Shown piece by piece: positions 1 to 12,502 of a stretch of 56,767 nt of DNA. The stretch's first letter is position 1, and each line of letters opens with the position of its first letter. The notes under the pieces are model-generated. The model ran no database searches and was not told the DNA's origin. It saw only the letters and a list, made by a program, of their open reading frames with translations. Both the position numbers and the translations under genes were made by a program. Origin of the DNA: Phoronis australis (taxonomy: Eukaryota > Animalia > Phoronida); the NCBI GenBank assembly GCA_002633005.1, contig NMRA01000113.1, positions 635,792 to 692,558 of the forward strand, read 5' to 3'.

Positions 1-397
1 TTGCTCTCAAGCGACACAAATACTGATCAACAGTTTCATTCTGTTCTTGCTTTAGTTGTCTGAAAACATGTCTCTCAAATGCTGTGTTTGTCTTTGGCGT
101 GAAATACTTATCTAACTCTGCCAAAGCTTGATCTAAAGTCAAAGTTTCACCTTCATCAACCAGAGTGTAATAAATTTCTTGCAATTCCAAACCTCCGTTG
201 TGAAGCAAAATGGCAACCTTCCTGTCCTCATCTTTGACGCCTTGGGCACGTATCATCAACAACGCTGCACGTTTCCAACGCTTCCATGATGCAGCTAAAT
301 TTTGTGCCTCTCCATGACAGTCGAAGTTTTTAAGTCCCAACCCAGCCATGCCTGGGCTGCAAACGTGACTTCCCGGTTCATGTTCACCAGCCTCCAT
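1..397 (-). CDS. gag: Ty3/Gypsy LTR-retrotransposon gag, N-terminal part; runs off the window start
   Basis: Hand translation from ATG at 397 is open to position 1: MEAGEHEPGSHVCSPGMAGLGLKNFDCHGEAQNLAASWKRWKRAALLMIRAQGVKDEDRKVAILLHNGGLELQEIYYTL...LDKYFTPKTNTAFERHVFRQLKQEQNETVDQYLCRLRA. The WxRWxR, LLHxxG and YFxPKxNxxFERHxF...Q...ETVDQ...RLR motifs are typical of invertebrate Gypsy (Mag-like) Gag. It is absent from the ORF track because it has no stop in the window. Confidence 0.88.
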   Translation of the reverse strand, partial: MEAGEHEPGSHVCSPGMAGLGLKNFDCHGEAQNLAASWKRWKRAALLMIRAQGVKDEDRKVAILLHNGGLELQEIYYTLVDEGETLTLDQALAELDKYFTPKTNTAFERHVFRQLKQEQNETVDQYLCRLRA

Positions 398-450
398 TTT
401 GTGTAATTGTCAGTTCCCAGTCAAAATAATTGTCCCTATTATTTCCTGGA

Positions 451-463
451 ATCCTCGTCGCCA
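451..463 (-). promoter_or_regulatory. Primer-binding site complementary to the tRNA-Ser(GCU) 3' end
   Basis: The minus strand reads ...CTAACA T TGGCGACGAGGAT, i.e. the LTR end, one base, then the complement of ATCCTCGTCGCCA, which is the 3' end of eukaryotic tRNA-Ser(GCU) plus CCA. It lies directly upstream of gag. Confidence 0.85.
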
Positions 464-464
464 A

Positions 465-621
465 TGTTAGATCTTTCGTTCGTCGTCAACAACGCAGATG
501 GTTACTCTAATTAACGATTTATTCTACACTGGAAAAACCAAAGACAATTGCCAACATGGTGGCTAAACCGGAAGTAACTGTTCTGCATAAAACATGCCTA
601 CGACTAAATCACTATACTACA
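465..621 (-). mobile_element. 5' LTR (~157 bp) of the Gypsy element
   Basis: On - it starts TGTAGT (621), ends CTAACA (465), abuts the PBS and contains AATAAA (~518-523). The outer end coincides with the point where the PIF1 frame loses helicase-like sequence. The partner LTR is outside the window, so the outer boundary is inferred. Confidence 0.7.
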
Positions 622-912
622 TGTTTCATTATTATATTTCACAGACCGCAGGTCTAACTCGGCTACTGTTCTGCTAGCAGCATCTTCATTAGAAAAACGT
701 CCATCCATAATCCCTGAAAACCGATACAATGTCACTCCCCCTATACGTGCAGCGGACATTCCAGTGGAGGCAGTCATTACAACTTTCTTGCCATTGTTTT
801 CCATTGTTTGCTTCAACTGTCTCATAAACTGGGACTTTCCTGTACCAGCTTGACCTACAACCAGAGCGCTGTGGCCATTCACAACTGCCTGTACTATTTC
901 TTCCTCAGACAT
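622..912 (-). pseudogene. PIF1-family (SF1B) DNA helicase N-terminal fragment, disrupted by two retroelement insertions
   Basis: Walker A GQAGTGKS and the PIF1 motif Ia/A region TASTGMSAARIGGVTLYRFSG are present. The frame enters the LTR just before the expected DE(I/V)SM Walker B. The exon's 5' part is displaced to 4435-4466 by the LINE. Confidence 0.8.
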
Positions 913-913
913 A

Positions 914-3900
914 ACATTTTTTTATGTATTTCAACATTTAAGGCCTTGGCCCACATGTTACATAAAATTTACAGGATAACGCTGAGCAGCTTTTCCCTGA
1001 GAGCAGTGGCGTGAAATACAAATTTCATTAGATTAATGGGCTCCGACATTTTCATTAGTTTTACAAATTTATGTTTATTTGGTTTACGCCAGCACCACTC
1101 GGGTATAAATTCAGTTCTCAGAGAGCAGTACATTTTACAAACACATATAAAATGGTATTCATCTTCAATTAAGGACACACAGAAACAACACACACGGTAT
1201 TTTTGGTCCACGAGAGTATGTCTACCTTTCTCTGTCATCAAGTTGTGGTTGGAGCAACGTAATTTAGCCATAGCTGCTAAAAAGATATATGGAATATCAC
1301 GCAACAGATAGGATTCCATTTCAAAATCAATTTTAAATGAGAAATATATACTAAGTTTGAGCTATTCTCCAAAGCAAAGCTCCAGTCTTGTAAAAAACAA
1401 TCTTTAATTCGCTGCTCAAAAATGACAAGAAACGATGCTTCGCAGCCAAGTCCCTGATTGTATCATACCAAACCAAAACCATACCTTTGCAGCAAATTCC
1501 TAACAGATGAAGCCCAATTTTTCCTACCAACCTCATCCAATGTGACAAGCTTGTCATAGACAGATTTTGGATTTTGATGTGCTGGCATTTTTAACAATTT
1601 AAACCAATACTTGATCAGTTTAACAAACAGCTTTACATAAATTGGATACCTTCCCAGTTCTCCCAGGAGAGCATGATTTGGACAGTTACTTCCAACATCC
1701 AGCAGTTGCTTACAGAATTTCAATTGGACACACTCGATACTAGAGTATTCATTAAATCCCCAAATCTCACTTTCATAGCTAATGATTGGGTATACTATTT
1801 TATCAAAAATCTTGAGTGCAATTTTCAGTGAAAGTCGTTCACATTTTGACTGAAAACATTTTATTGAAAAAATTGCTTTCTGTGCCTGGTGAGACAAAGT
1901 TTCCGTAGCTTGCGTCCAGACCAACTTAGGTGTAAGGCAAATACCCAGGTACTTATATGATGAGACGACATCAATTTTGTCATTTCCAAAATGCCATTTT
2001 TCGAATTTTCTCAATGGTCCGCCTTTTCTAAATACCATTATTTTTGTTTTTGTAAGGTTGACTTTCATACCCCAATCCTGACAGTATTCAGAGCGTTAAT
2101 TTGTTGCTGTAGTTTAAATGCTGTCTCTGCACAACCAACCATCAGCGTATAGCAACATACAAATTTGAAGCACATTCTCATTTACATAAATTCCGCTAAT
2201 TAAAGATTCTCTTAAGTAATCAACAAACTCGTTCAAATACATACTAAATAAAAAAGGACTAAGCATACACCCTTGGCGAGTACCAATATTATTACTGAAA
2301 AAGTCAGTTAACCCACGCTCAGTTCTTACACACGCTCTTAGCTTTGAATACATACTTTTCATCAATTTTAAAACACTACCATGTATTCCTATTTTTTGAA
2401 GCCTATTCCACAAAATTTATGTGAAATGCTGTCAAAGGCCCGAGAAAAATCCACGAATATAGCATAAAATCTGCCCCTGCGCTTACTCAAGTACTTATGA
2501 ACAATTCCTTGTAAGGTAAAAATTTGGTCTATTGTACTATACCCCTTTCTAAAACGAGCCTGAGCTTCGTTAAATAAGTCATTATCGTTGGCCCAACTTG
2601 TTAGACGAGCGTTTATGAGTTTCGTAAAAATTTTCCCGAGAACAGGCAGAAGTGAAATACCTCGATAATTATTCACGTCATTGACATCCCCTTGCTTATG
2701 CAATGGACATTTTATAGCGTCACACCAGGATGAGGAAATTCCCCTGATCGTAGAGCACTATTAAAAATGTTTCTCAAAACAGGTGTTATATAATCTTTGG
2801 TGGACTTAAAGAGTTCATAAATGAGTCCGTCAACACCGGAAGCCTTACCGTTCGGTAGGTCTCGAAGAAAGACAAAAATCTCACTTTCGCTAAAATGATG
2901 ATTCAATTGGTTTGGGTCATCTACCATACAGTCATTACAATACACATCATGACTTGCCAAGTTTCTTTCTATTTGTCCAATCATACGTCCATTATCAGGA
3001 TTTTCTTGGTTTAAGAGTGAGTGAAAGTGGCAAAACCATTCATCAGCAGAAATAGAAGTATCTGACGTCATTTTCCTAGAGCATGATTTTACTAGCTGCC
3101 AAAACGCTCTGAGATTGTTAACATTTTCAATTAAGTTTTTCCTCAGTCCATCTTTAAATAACTTTTCTTTTGACTTAAAAGTCACTTTGAATTTTTGTCG
3201 CAATTCTTTGTACTTATTAAAATAAACCTGATTACTATAGTGTCGGAAACCAGATAAAGCACAATTTCTCTCTCTTTTCAGCACCTCTAACTCATCATCC
3301 CACCATGATGGTTGGATTTTCACAAATTTAACCGCAGCATTGGAGTGTACAATCATGTCGCAGGCATCTGATTTATACTCTTCATTTAACAACTGAAATG
3401 CGTCTTCAACCCGACAGCTCTCAATAAGATTTGCTATATCACTAGAGAACACTTGGAACCCACTGACAAACTTGTACATGAACTGACTATATCTTTCAGC
3501 CTTCCATGTAACTCTGTCATATTCACAGACGACATAATTTGTGCTATGAACAGTGTGATCCTGTGACTGAGTGAAGGCGTGAAAAACAAACAAGAGGAAG
3601 ATGATCAGATACATCCAATAAATCAACCTTAAAATCTGATACAAAATCAAACAATTCAATGGACAATAGTACATAATCAACTACAGTACACCCTTTATTA
3701 GATAAACACGTAAACTCTCCTTCCTCATCACCTGAAAATCTACCGTTACATGCATGGACATTTAACTCGCAACACATTCTCACAAGTGATTTTCCAAATG
3801 AATTGATAACATGATCTTTACTTATCCTTGGAAAATTAAAGGCATCTGAGTCGTACCATTCACCTGAAGGCAAAAATTCTGCTGAGTCGTCTTGAATATA

Positions 3901-4434
3901 ATCGGAGAGTTTGCCAAGTCTAGCATTAATATCGCCAGCAACCAAAAGAGATACATCATCGTGGGCATTCAAAACGGCATCTTCAATACCACTTCTCAAG
4001 ATTTCTGCACCATTCTTTTCAATTTGATTTTCATACACTGTCGCACCCTCAGGTGGCAAATAAACACAACAGAATAATACATCCTTTTCAGTACACAATA
4101 GACTTATCAATTAATAGAAAAACACCAAAATCGAAATCACATTTCACTAGAGCTACATACTGAGCTTAACATTTTTTTACAAACACACATACTCCACCGG
4201 AGTTTTACCAAACCTCTTTTTCTTTAAATTAACTTTACTGAAACATTTGTACCCAGGCAAAAAGTTATCAAACTGATTTTCGTTCGTTGCCCAAGTTTCC
4301 GCAACTCCAACTAAATCAAAAGAACATAAATAATCACCGATACTTTTCTTCTCTGTTTTGCTACCTAATCCGTGTGCATTCCAGACTGTTGTACGTATTT
4401 TGCTTGTCCTTGAAGGCTCTGGACCATGGCCAAA
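914..4434 (-). mobile_element. 5'-truncated, frameshifted non-LTR retrotransposon ORF2 (APE endonuclease + RT + CCHC), RTE/RTEX-like
   Basis: Consecutive minus-strand ORF fragments give EN motifs (WNAHGL, VAETW, CVYLPP, GDINARLG, VVDYVL, SDHLPL), RT motifs (KASGVDG, NYRGISLL, FVDFSRAFDSI, GTRQGCMLSPFLF, LLYAD, YKYLG) and a C-terminal CxxC...EDEYHF..C knuckle. The short 3' UTR has a GGCC-nn-GGCC hairpin (942-951) and an A-rich tail. A 10-bp direct repeat CTCAGACATA flanks it (904-913, 4435-4444). Clade assignment is tentative. Confidence 0.92.
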
Positions 4435-6675
4435 CTCAGACATACTCGTCAAGTGATCTGCTGTACCTGTCATGAGAAGCAAATGCTGGTCGTTTTTCTA
4501 TGATCTATTATAATAGAGTGATAAATAGATAAGCTTTTATATAATTTCTCTGCAACTAACACATGATTTGTTTACGGAAGTACTCAATAGTTTTTCTCCT
4601 GGCAGCTAAGAGTAGAGTTATCGACATTGTGACTTTACGCAGCAAACCGGCAATTTCCGTATAGTCCTTGACCTCGAGGGGTCCAAGATAAAAGTGTGTG
4701 TGGGCTTTTTGTCAGTGTGAACATTTTTGTTCTTTGACTGCGAATTTCTTACGAAGTCGCCAGAACAGGACACCGTGAATGGTATTGGAAGAAAGAACAA
4801 TTGCCAATGGTTTGTTGAAACCTTGTTATGTGTAAATTTATTGAGTTATATGTTAGCTATGGAGGGCTGAAGTGGAGCACCCGTGGAATTTCTGTCATAC
4901 CTTGTAGTATTATATGTAGTGTATTGGGGACGATCAGAAGCTGAGGACACCTGTGCTTTGATCAGCCCTTAAGTATACACTAACTAAAGAGAAAGGTACA
5001 CAACTGACATTCAATGTGGCAGTCTGCCAGGCACTTCTGGAATAACCCAAACATGTCAAATTTGAAAGTAATTTGACTCAAATATTTTATCTGCTACAGC
5101 AACACGTACTGCCTTAAATGAATTTGCCACTCTTGGTCATGATTTTTTCTCTGAGATCTGCTTTTGTGAAAACTGATATGGCTGTCTACACGCTCCGTAA
5201 CATGTATGTGTACTTTTTGTATTTATATTTATGTTTAAGTTCTGTATATTCTCCATACTGTAGAATTAGCTTGTATTTTAGTTTTGTATTTTCTTTTTGT
5301 AGATTTTAAATTTGTCGGATAATAGCACTTGTGCTTACATTTCCTTGTTAAATCTCACCGACTTGAATAAAGATTATTACTACTGCTACTACTGCTTCAT
5401 TACTTCTATTTGTTGACATCGAAACCAATAAAAACGATACATACCTCAAGATTGGCCCTGTAAGTCGACTTACAGGTTCTGACGAACGGAAGATAAATTG
5501 GAAGGCCCCTTGAACGTTTGACCTATTTTTGCTGTACCCAATCAGCGTTCTCATAGAGTAACATATAATAATGTTGCACCTTACCCAACTTTGCAAGATG
5601 TCCAGATTATATCCTATTATATTATCACCTACACTATCGCACTGCGGCACTGGTCGGTCCCGCTGTTTGCGCGCGGCCGGTAGGCAATCTTGACTTGGAA
5701 ATGCCGTCAAGTTATATAACGTCATCTTTCAATATGCGTCTCGTTTTTAATGGTCAAAGATAGCGGCGGGATTCAGCATGCGCGTAGGGCCTACGTATGA
5801 GTAACCTGTCAATCACGTATTGGTGTCAAGGTAACGCGCGTGCACCACTACAAAGTCACACATCAAAAGAGAACAGCGACACTCCTATAAGGAAAAGAAA
5901 CCGGTGTGACGCTCTACTTTTAAGCTGTTGTTAGGAAAGACCCAGTGCTTTACGATATTCCACCGTTCCAATGTCCCCCAAAACTGTGATGTTAAGTCTA
6001 CTTAGATATTTTCTGGCTCCATGTTCCCTAGGCCCGAGTGTGCCATACCCGTAGCTAGCTGTGTGCACCTAGCTCCGACCAACATTGCCAATTTTCAGTC
6101 AGTTTGCGTGGTAGATATTTCAGGCTCTAATGGTAAGAATTTTGTTCAGGCTGAAACTGGCCAATGTAGAAACAAAATTATTCTGGATGGCTAAAAAGGG
6201 AATATGGAAGCGATAATTCACAGTCAGGCTGGGGTTGATGCAAGAAATCGTAGTACAGAACAGCCAGTGACATTAGTTAAATCTACTAACACCTGTTTGA
6301 CTGAGATGCAATAAGCGAAGAACAAAATTTGACTTGAAGTTTTTTATTACTTCAAGATGATACACAAACATATAGTAATGTATTGTCAACCTTTGAACTC
6401 AGAAATGGAGAGGCAGCAAATCGGTAACCCAGTGAGGCCCACTGTCCCTTCCCTTGCCACATATCCTCTATAACCTGGCAATAACATTTATCAAAATAGG
6501 GAAAATTTGACATCTTTCCGTGAGAGCTTTCCACCTAAAGAGAATTTGGAGGGTTGGCAAGACCATGATTTTCACATTTCTCTGGTCAGATTATTTTGAA
6601 TATACGTTTTATCTAGTGCACTGCAGACGGAAACTCAGCGCGGCAGACAGCGTCGCTGAAAGCGGAGGTATAGAT

Positions 6676-8510
6676 CAGGTCTCGACATTAACGGTAGTCC
6701 GACTGCCCGGGATAACCAATTTGTTGGTCCTGACAAGCTAATGGCCGAGCAGCTTGTCCGACAGGACAAGTCAATGAATTTCTCTGCGAACGTTCGTCGC
6801 ACAAAATTAAGATTCCAAAACGTGCGCAACTGTATTACCTTTCTGTGACAGTCAATCAGGTTTAACTGAACCGGGAAATTGCCTTACTATGACGGTAAAA
6901 TATCCGTATTCTCATGCCCTTTACTGAAGGAGACACAATTGTTTCCTTTGGCTCACGTGCGGAACTCATGTTGGCGTGTACTGATCACTGAGACAGCGCT
7001 TGTCGAATGTATTTCATTTTCTGTAGAAGAACTTGTGTCGCTGTTCCCGTCTTGGTTAAACGCATGTTTTTAATGACTTTCTCTCCTGACACCAAAATGG
7101 AAGCGCCCAACCAAAGGCAAGACCCCCAAAAATCAACTTGTCATTAGTGCAAGTCGAACATTGTGTCCATGTTCTACGTGGTCAAAAACATTTTTTGAAC
7201 TTTTGATTTGCCTGATGACTTTTTACAAGATGTGTTTTTGCTTCATTATTTCGGCAGCTGACCGAGTACCCCTATTGCCTAGTAGTAGTATCGTCTAATT
7301 ATTGAGCGCCTAGCTGCTTTGAACAACAGCGGTGTTGGCTTTGAACTAAAAAAGAAATATACAATGTATATGAAAAATGTTTCATTGTTCAAAGTATTCA
7401 CTAAGAAGACCTGTCAATCATTAGCACTGCTTGGTTGCCTAAGTGTCCAGTAAATCTTTACACAATCAAGTGCTTCCCTTAAAATACACTGCAAACTACC
7501 GGAGTCTTGATCTGTCTTTTCTCTCAAGAAACTTGCCCTACTGAACACACGCCTACCTGTAGGAATACCTTAGTTCTAAGAGATGACCAGCAGCAACCGA
7601 GGTACGAAAAAACCCAATCGTGCTCAGGATCCCGACGCCACTGTATCGTGTGCGCAGGCCATCGAAGTCCATTATGACTTCAATCCCCCGACCTATATGT
7701 TAACTGATATCCTTGAAGTCCGACGTCAGTGCATCTCCGTTCGGGTGAAATCGGTCCTCCGTGTAGTAAGCAACAACTCCTGACTTTTCCGAAATTTCGA
7801 TTTTAACCGCCCATGCTCGGCTTACCGCCCACCCCCTCAGTTTTTTAAATTCCCAGTTTAAGCGCCCAGGGCGGTAACGCGGACGAGTACGGTAGTTAGT
7901 TTGCGTGTGGTTTCAAGTCAAGTTCTGATATTGCAACTGGCAACCAAACCAAAGGGCGTGAAATCACCAAGCAACAGTATGAAACCAATAAACGAAAACA
8001 GGAATTACTTCCGAAATGAAAGAAAGATTTTGACTGGTTACCGTACGGTTTGATAGCGACCAGAAGTAAAATGTGTTGTGTCCCGTGTGAAAAATACACC
8101 AATGCAAACAGTTCACATCTGTTGCGTCTGGGTCAGATGTGTTCAGGATTGAATCTTTGAAGTCATGAACAGTCGATGGCTCACTCAGCAGCTTATAAAA
8201 ATATATTATATAACTGAATTGAAAAGCCAGGGTAAACTTGTAGCGTGTGTTCACTGGTGAAATCCAAATGCAAATACCCACTTTAAAATAAATAAACTTG
8301 TTTAAAATTTAAATGTCGTGTAATATATGCTCTTACACATGTTTATTGAGCTTGTGCTAACAGGTATATTGTGCGACATTCATATATGTTTGAAAAGTAT
8401 AATTTGAGTTTAATTACCTTTGGACAAGTGTCTTGTAGGTCAGGACAAGTAAATTTCATTTCTACTTGTCCGACTGGACAAGTTAAAATAAAAGTTAATG
8501 TCGAGCCCTG
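6676..8510 (+). mobile_element. Internally deleted hAT-type DNA transposon
   Basis: TIRs are CAGGTCTCGACATTAAC (6676-6692) and GTTAATGTCGAGCCCTG (8494-8510), 16/17 matching. A subterminal CTTGTCCGAC(A/T)GGACAAG motif occurs near both ends (~6753, ~8465). No 8-bp TSD is visible (GTATAGAT vs TTGACGCC). Confidence 0.7.
7970..8190 (+). pseudogene. Decayed TTF-type zinc finger of a hAT (ZNF862-like) transposase
   Basis: Frameshifted reading YETNKRK..K*KKDFDWLPY..KMCCVPCEKY...F(A)SGSDVFRIESLKSHEQSMAH fits the W..F.WL.Y..M.C..C...F..G...FR.E.L..HE.S..H pattern. Confidence 0.6.
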
Positions 8511-11500
8511 TTGACGCCGGCGGGGTTCTTAAACTTTGCAAACATGGGACAGATTGAGCTTTTGCATTGTGTCTTGGGCATTCCTCTCTGAAATTTGGTA
8601 TGTGGATTGATCTTTTCAAGCGCTGTTAACATTGTGAGACTGGTTTCTTGCTATGACTTACATTCTTACAATAATCAAGATTTATGTCTTCTTTAGATGA
8701 CTATTCTTTTATTGACTATGTAGTTATTCAAAGCTGCACTTTGTTAGCTTATCATATTTTTGTTAGAGATCACATTTTTTGTCTGATCGACAGTGACTGT
8801 ACAGTGTTTATTTATTCAATAGCCTGAGGACTTTTGTTCTTGTACGACATCATAGGCAAGGTGGTTTGCTACAATGGACATTATTTTGAAAAGTCCACAG
8901 AGCTTGGTTTATTCACTGAAATAGCAATGAAACGTTTAAAAGTGCATTATCATGGCGACGTAAAATATTGCAATACTTGTAACATTGACCTCTTGCTTGT
9001 TGCATTTGTACTTTTGTCTGTTGTGTTTTTGTGGTTCTCAGCTTTCTTTGTGCCTCATGTCGATTGTTTTGCTGCCCTCCCACCATCAATGCATCAACCC
9101 CTAGTTTATTTTCAAGACGGTTACCTGGTAAGTTATGCATCAAATTTCGAACAAACCTGAATTTCTGTTTAGTCACACGTGCCATTGTGTACAAACTGGT
9201 GTCATGTCACATCTTACTGACAATTTTTGCATTCACCTTGGAAAGGACAAGTACTAAGACCTTGTTCTGTCACTGACTCATTCTGTGCCACAAGTTAATT
9301 AATCGCATGGGGAGGTCACATAAAATGGTGCAAACAACCTATTTTTCATGTATGGCATGATGTGAATTCGCTCATTATATTAGAGAACAATGCCTAAGTA
9401 TGATTGGCTAACAATGCTATGACCCAACTCTCAGAAATCTTGGCAAACATTCATGCTTCGGTTTACAATGTCGGGACTCTTAAACAATGCAAAAAAGAAT
9501 TTTAGTGAAAGAAAACATCACTTTCAAGAAAGAACTTAAGCTGAACAATTTAAATTTTCTGAAATATTGAGAGTTCCATTTAATAATCTAGTGCTAAAAA
9601 CACAGACACTATGTACCGGCTGGTATCTCTGAGACAGCCACATGTACACAATATTGACAAATCATCTAAAGCTGCAGGTGTGAATAGTCAGTGCACTTCA
9701 GTACATGGAGACTTTGATGGCTAGGCGTGATGGTTGTGATGTCTTGAAAGTGCACTAGCTTCATAATTGCCTCGTCACAGCTAAGTATAGTTGAACAAGG
9801 CCTTCAGCTCTAGGGAGTCCAAATGGACAACACCCTTACTCAAATGTAAATACCCTAGTTAGGATGACCTGTTCAGTATTTGGTAAAGTAAACAAGTACA
9901 TAACCATGGTTGTTTCTTTTAACTTTTTAGCTACAGCTCTGGGGACTCGTTGGTCTGTCCACAATAAAAAATTGGTTTAAGATAATGTGAGACACAAAAA
10001 ACTTAAGCACAGATTGCACAATCATGTCTTTATAGTAACATATGTGTCGACTTGTGCTCATAAAAATATTGTACATTATGGTCATGGATGCCCTGAGAAA
10101 ATGGGAGAATCCTTATGGATGCCCTATTTTTATAATTCTGGATGAACCCATGAACTATCACTTGAGAGAAGTGTTGCAGTGGATTCCATTCTTGTCCCAG
10201 GCAGGCGACGCGGGGTTTGCTCCGAAATTCTATTCATGAAACAAGGTAACAAAATCTTTTTTGACAAAATCTGCAGCTGTAAAGAACAGTTTTTGATCTT
10301 CATTTAGCAACATGCTGGATTTTGAAGCCATCTTGATGTTTGCTGTTGCCAGTGGGGAGGATAAAAAGAGCACTTTTCTTCAAGCCGTGGCTCAAATGAT
10401 GCCACACATTTTTTTGGTACCAAAATCCTGCATCATTTTTGCTCATCTCATGTTGAGTTCTTTTTTTTTGTTGAAAAAGTGAATAACTAAAAATTCCATG
10501 GTAGTTTGCTATGTTTGAGTATACTCGTTGCCTGTTCTGAGTTAGTTTAGTGCTTGACACTGTTGAGTGTACATTGGTTTATTGATAATGCGTAGTTGTG
10601 CTGATTTTTAAATTTCTTTCTATGATATGGCCAAAATGTGATGTCGAGGCGTCAATGTTTTCAGGAGTTGTGGTCAGTATGAACAGTTAACTTCGATGAC
10701 TCCTTTTTGATTTCAACTCGTTAAAGCATAACATGATCGTTTATTGAGCAAAGCATAGTAATCCTTCAAGACAGATTATTATAACAAGTCCTTGCACAAC
10801 TTAGAAATGACAAAAAAAAATTAATTTCCAACTTTTACGAAATGAAACTAGGATAAAGTTACAAAAAGCTCATGGAAAAGCATATGCTAATGCCAATTTT
10901 GCAGTGTCAAATCATGCGTCTGCATTCCATTATGCTTCGCAATAGTCGATAGAAAAGTTATACATCAATTTTTTGTCTAAAATATAACTCATGGAAAATG
11001 ACAAATACCTCTAGGAAAGTCCTGGAATATGAAAATGCATTATGAGTAAGAAGAATGAGCATAGTTGTGTTATAGATTTTTAGGAATTATATTTAGATAC
11101 ATCTGTGGCTGTCTGTATTTATATTCCTGAGGGTGGCAATGACAATACAGACATGTTAAACTATATACATGTGTTTTAATATGAATGGTGTTATTAATGT
11201 TATTAGTCGAGGTTGCTATGCCAAGTAAGTATTTTCACGAACTAATTTTCTTGAACTGATTGCTTAGTGCAGCAACTGAGACTAATGGTATCCCCCATAT
11301 TAAAACATCAGATATAATTGCTCATATTTGTACCACATATTAAAGATTTAATCCACATTTCTTCATCAACTCTCATTTTCATTCCTATGCAACAGCCATG
11401 TCATGTGACCATGATGTCATGTGATCGTGCAATAACCATGTCATGTGACCATACAGTAACTTTTTTGATTATAGCACAGAACCATGACATGGTTATTGTA

Positions 11501-12502
11501 GGCGTGTATTAAGACGTATGTGGTATAAAATCCATTGCTTACGTAGTGATGCCCTGATCTAAATATAAAATATAACAACAGATCTGTGTCGACTCTGTGC
11601 AGTAGTTACTTTGAAGTTTATAACAATCCAGCTTTGGTAATTCTGCACTTAGTCACCACTTTCACCTCATTTTACACACCCAAACTTCTTTGTAAAAATA
11701 TTCTGTCCCTCACTTTTCTCATAGGAGGCTACATACTTGGTAAGTATTTCTTGCCTCACCTAATTCACACATAGTCAGTTTTGTAGTTTGGGAATTATCA
11801 AAGGCAAAGCCCAGTCATTAATTCTAGTAATTCACACCTCTTTATTGTGTTGATAAGGTCTGAACATTGTATACTGTGTCACTTACTGGGTAATTCATCA
11901 ATTCCAATATACATTTAGGTTATCTCACGCTGTGTTAATATGAGGTAAAAGGGTTGACTTGGATGAGCATGGTGTCATTCAGAGCCCTATGTTCAAAAAG
12001 TGTATTTTTATGTAGGAAAAGGATAAAGTAATTTAATTACTTGTAACTGGATCACATTAGCAACCTCAAGGCCACATTAGGATACATAGTTACTCAGTTA
12101 GTTTTGCTTGCCTGCCAGATAGGAAACGGTCTATTCAGTTCATTCAATTTATTTTGTAACAAATAAGTACAGAATTACTGTATCTATACCTTTATCAGTA
12201 CCGATAATTTATCATACTGAAATGCCCAATTGTGTTATTCTTCAGTGGCATTGTAGTTGGCATTGTTACATAAGTTAGGTGGTAAGTTGAGGATGATTTG
12301 TGTAAGTCTTGTCACTTGCTGTGGTATACCAGCTGTTGAACTGTTGGGTTGTCCACAAAGATTCCTTTGGCACCAGCTTCTTTTCTATGCATGGCCTTCT
12401 TTGCACAGCTGAGATGTCTAAGGATCCCTTAAATATTGTCTAGTCTACTGTTGTGCAACACTGGTTTGTTGTCCATTTTCACTCGCAAATCATTCATATG
12501 GC

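Noticed and set aside
451-463. tRNA-Ser gene
   Set aside because: Only the last 13 nt including CCA match and there is no cloverleaf; the position between LTR and gag identifies it as a PBS.
5348-5725. 125-aa minus-strand ORF as LINE ORF1 or Helitron Rep
   Set aside because: It lies outside the LINE TSD and shows no recognisable ORF1 or HUH/Y2 motifs.
6112-6137. 9-nt microexon-like TTTCAG|GCTCTAATG|GTAAG sharing CAGGCTCTAATGGT with a copine exon (~48484)
   Set aside because: A 14-bp match is expected by chance in 57 kb, and no partner exons were found.
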